From positions 40,167-104,166 of the forward strand of contig DAIQQA010000001.1 in NCBI GenBank assembly GCA_036787045.1: a stretch of DNA of 64,000 nucleotides, in the 5' to 3' direction. Positions 63,358 through 64,000 of this stretch are shown here, piece after piece. Below the pieces are notes generated by a model. It ran no database searches. It was not told the origin of the DNA and saw only the letters and a list, made by a program, of their open reading frames with translations. The stretch's first letter is position 1. Every line of letters starts with the position of its first letter. Both the position numbers and the translations under genes were made by a program. Source of the DNA: Burkholderiales bacterium. GTDB lineage: Bacteria; Pseudomonadota; Gammaproteobacteria; Burkholderiales; SHXO01.

Positions 63358-64000
63358 TCAGGCCGCGCTTGCCACGCGAGAAACGTCTTTCTTCGCTGCA
63401 TACCGCTCGGGGAGCTCCACTGGCATGAGCCCCACCTCGCAGGCTTTGATCTGCAGGGCCAGGTACTTCGAGAAAATCCGGCACAGCGCGAGACTGCCGG
63501 CCGTGAACCAGAGGCCCTTCTGCGCCGTGCGCTTCCACATGTTGCGTAGCTCACCGCCGGCATCGAAGCCCCAGACCTGGCCGATGCGGCCCGCGACCTC
63601 GTCCCCGAGCAGCCGGCGTGCGACTTCCTGCTGGCTCTTGTACCCGGTGGCCAGCACCAACAGTTCCGCCGGCACCGTGGTGCCGTCACGCAGGCGTGCG
63701 CCTTCGGGCACGAAGCGCTCCATGTCGCTGAACTGGATAAGGCCTACCTCGCCCCGTATGATCAGATCGGAGCAGCCGACGTTAAAGTAATAACCGCCGC
63801 CGCGCTCGTGGTACCGGAGCTGGAAGCCGGCGTCGTTCTCCTGGAAATCGAGCTTGAAGCCCGCGGCCTCCAGCCCTTGCAGCAGCTTCTCGTCGTGGCG
63901 CCGCATGTCCGCCGTAGAGAGCTGATACGAGCGCAGCAGCACGGGGAACGGCATGGAGGTGGCCAGCAGGTCGCAATCCTCGAACGGCGTGCCGTCGGTG
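63358..64000 (-). CDS. Flavin-containing monooxygenase / NAD(P)-FAD-dependent oxidoreductase, C-terminal part (5' end beyond the window)
   Basis: LLVLATGYKSQ and RNMWKRT...GLWFTAG. The frame stays open upstream of the listed Met to base 64000. Confidence 0.75.
   Translation of the reverse strand, partial: TDGTPFEDCDLLATSMPFPVLLRSYQLSTADMRRHDEKLLQGLEAAGFKLDFQENDAGFQLRYHERGGGYYFNVGCSDLIIRGEVGLIQFSDMERFVPEGARLRDGTTVPAELLVLATGYKSQQEVARRLLGDEVAGRIGQVWGFDAGGELRNMWKRTAQKGLWFTAGSLALCRIFSKYLALQIKACEVGLMPVELPERYAAKKDVSRVASAA

Overview
This is a high-GC (roughly two-thirds G+C by eye) chromosomal segment that looks proteobacterial (beta/gamma-like gene content: gor, kefC, yfcG, parE-parC, dinB, dadA, Bug/TctC receptor). 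I support about 58 protein-coding genes. I see no rRNA, tRNA, CRISPR array, transposase, integrase or phage genes. All calls come from reading the supplied translations and the DNA by eye: motifs, signal peptides, RBS, third-position GC and gene junctions. No database search was run, so family names are recognition-based.

The many long ORFs antisense to real genes are treated as high-GC shadow ORFs.

The most interesting locus is a tightly packed five-gene minus-strand operon (15582-24277). It encodes four divergent exported proteins with exactly two CxxCH haem-c motifs each, plus a lipoprotein. Three of the four share a CCP/MauG-like block after the second haem motif and a common C-terminal signature. 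I cannot assign a function.

Other notable points:
- A family of MITE/REP-like inverted-repeat elements fills many intergenic regions. They are built from 8-9 nt purine-rich microrepeats, and the two arms of each element co-vary.
- A 15-bp tandem repeat sits directly in front of gor.
- Three genes look decayed: a frameshifted GST, a YafY regulator with an in-frame TAG, and a PNPOx-family gene with an apparent internal deletion.
- Glutathione/electrophile-defence genes are clustered.
- Several normally cytoplasmic enzyme families carry Tat or Sec export signals.
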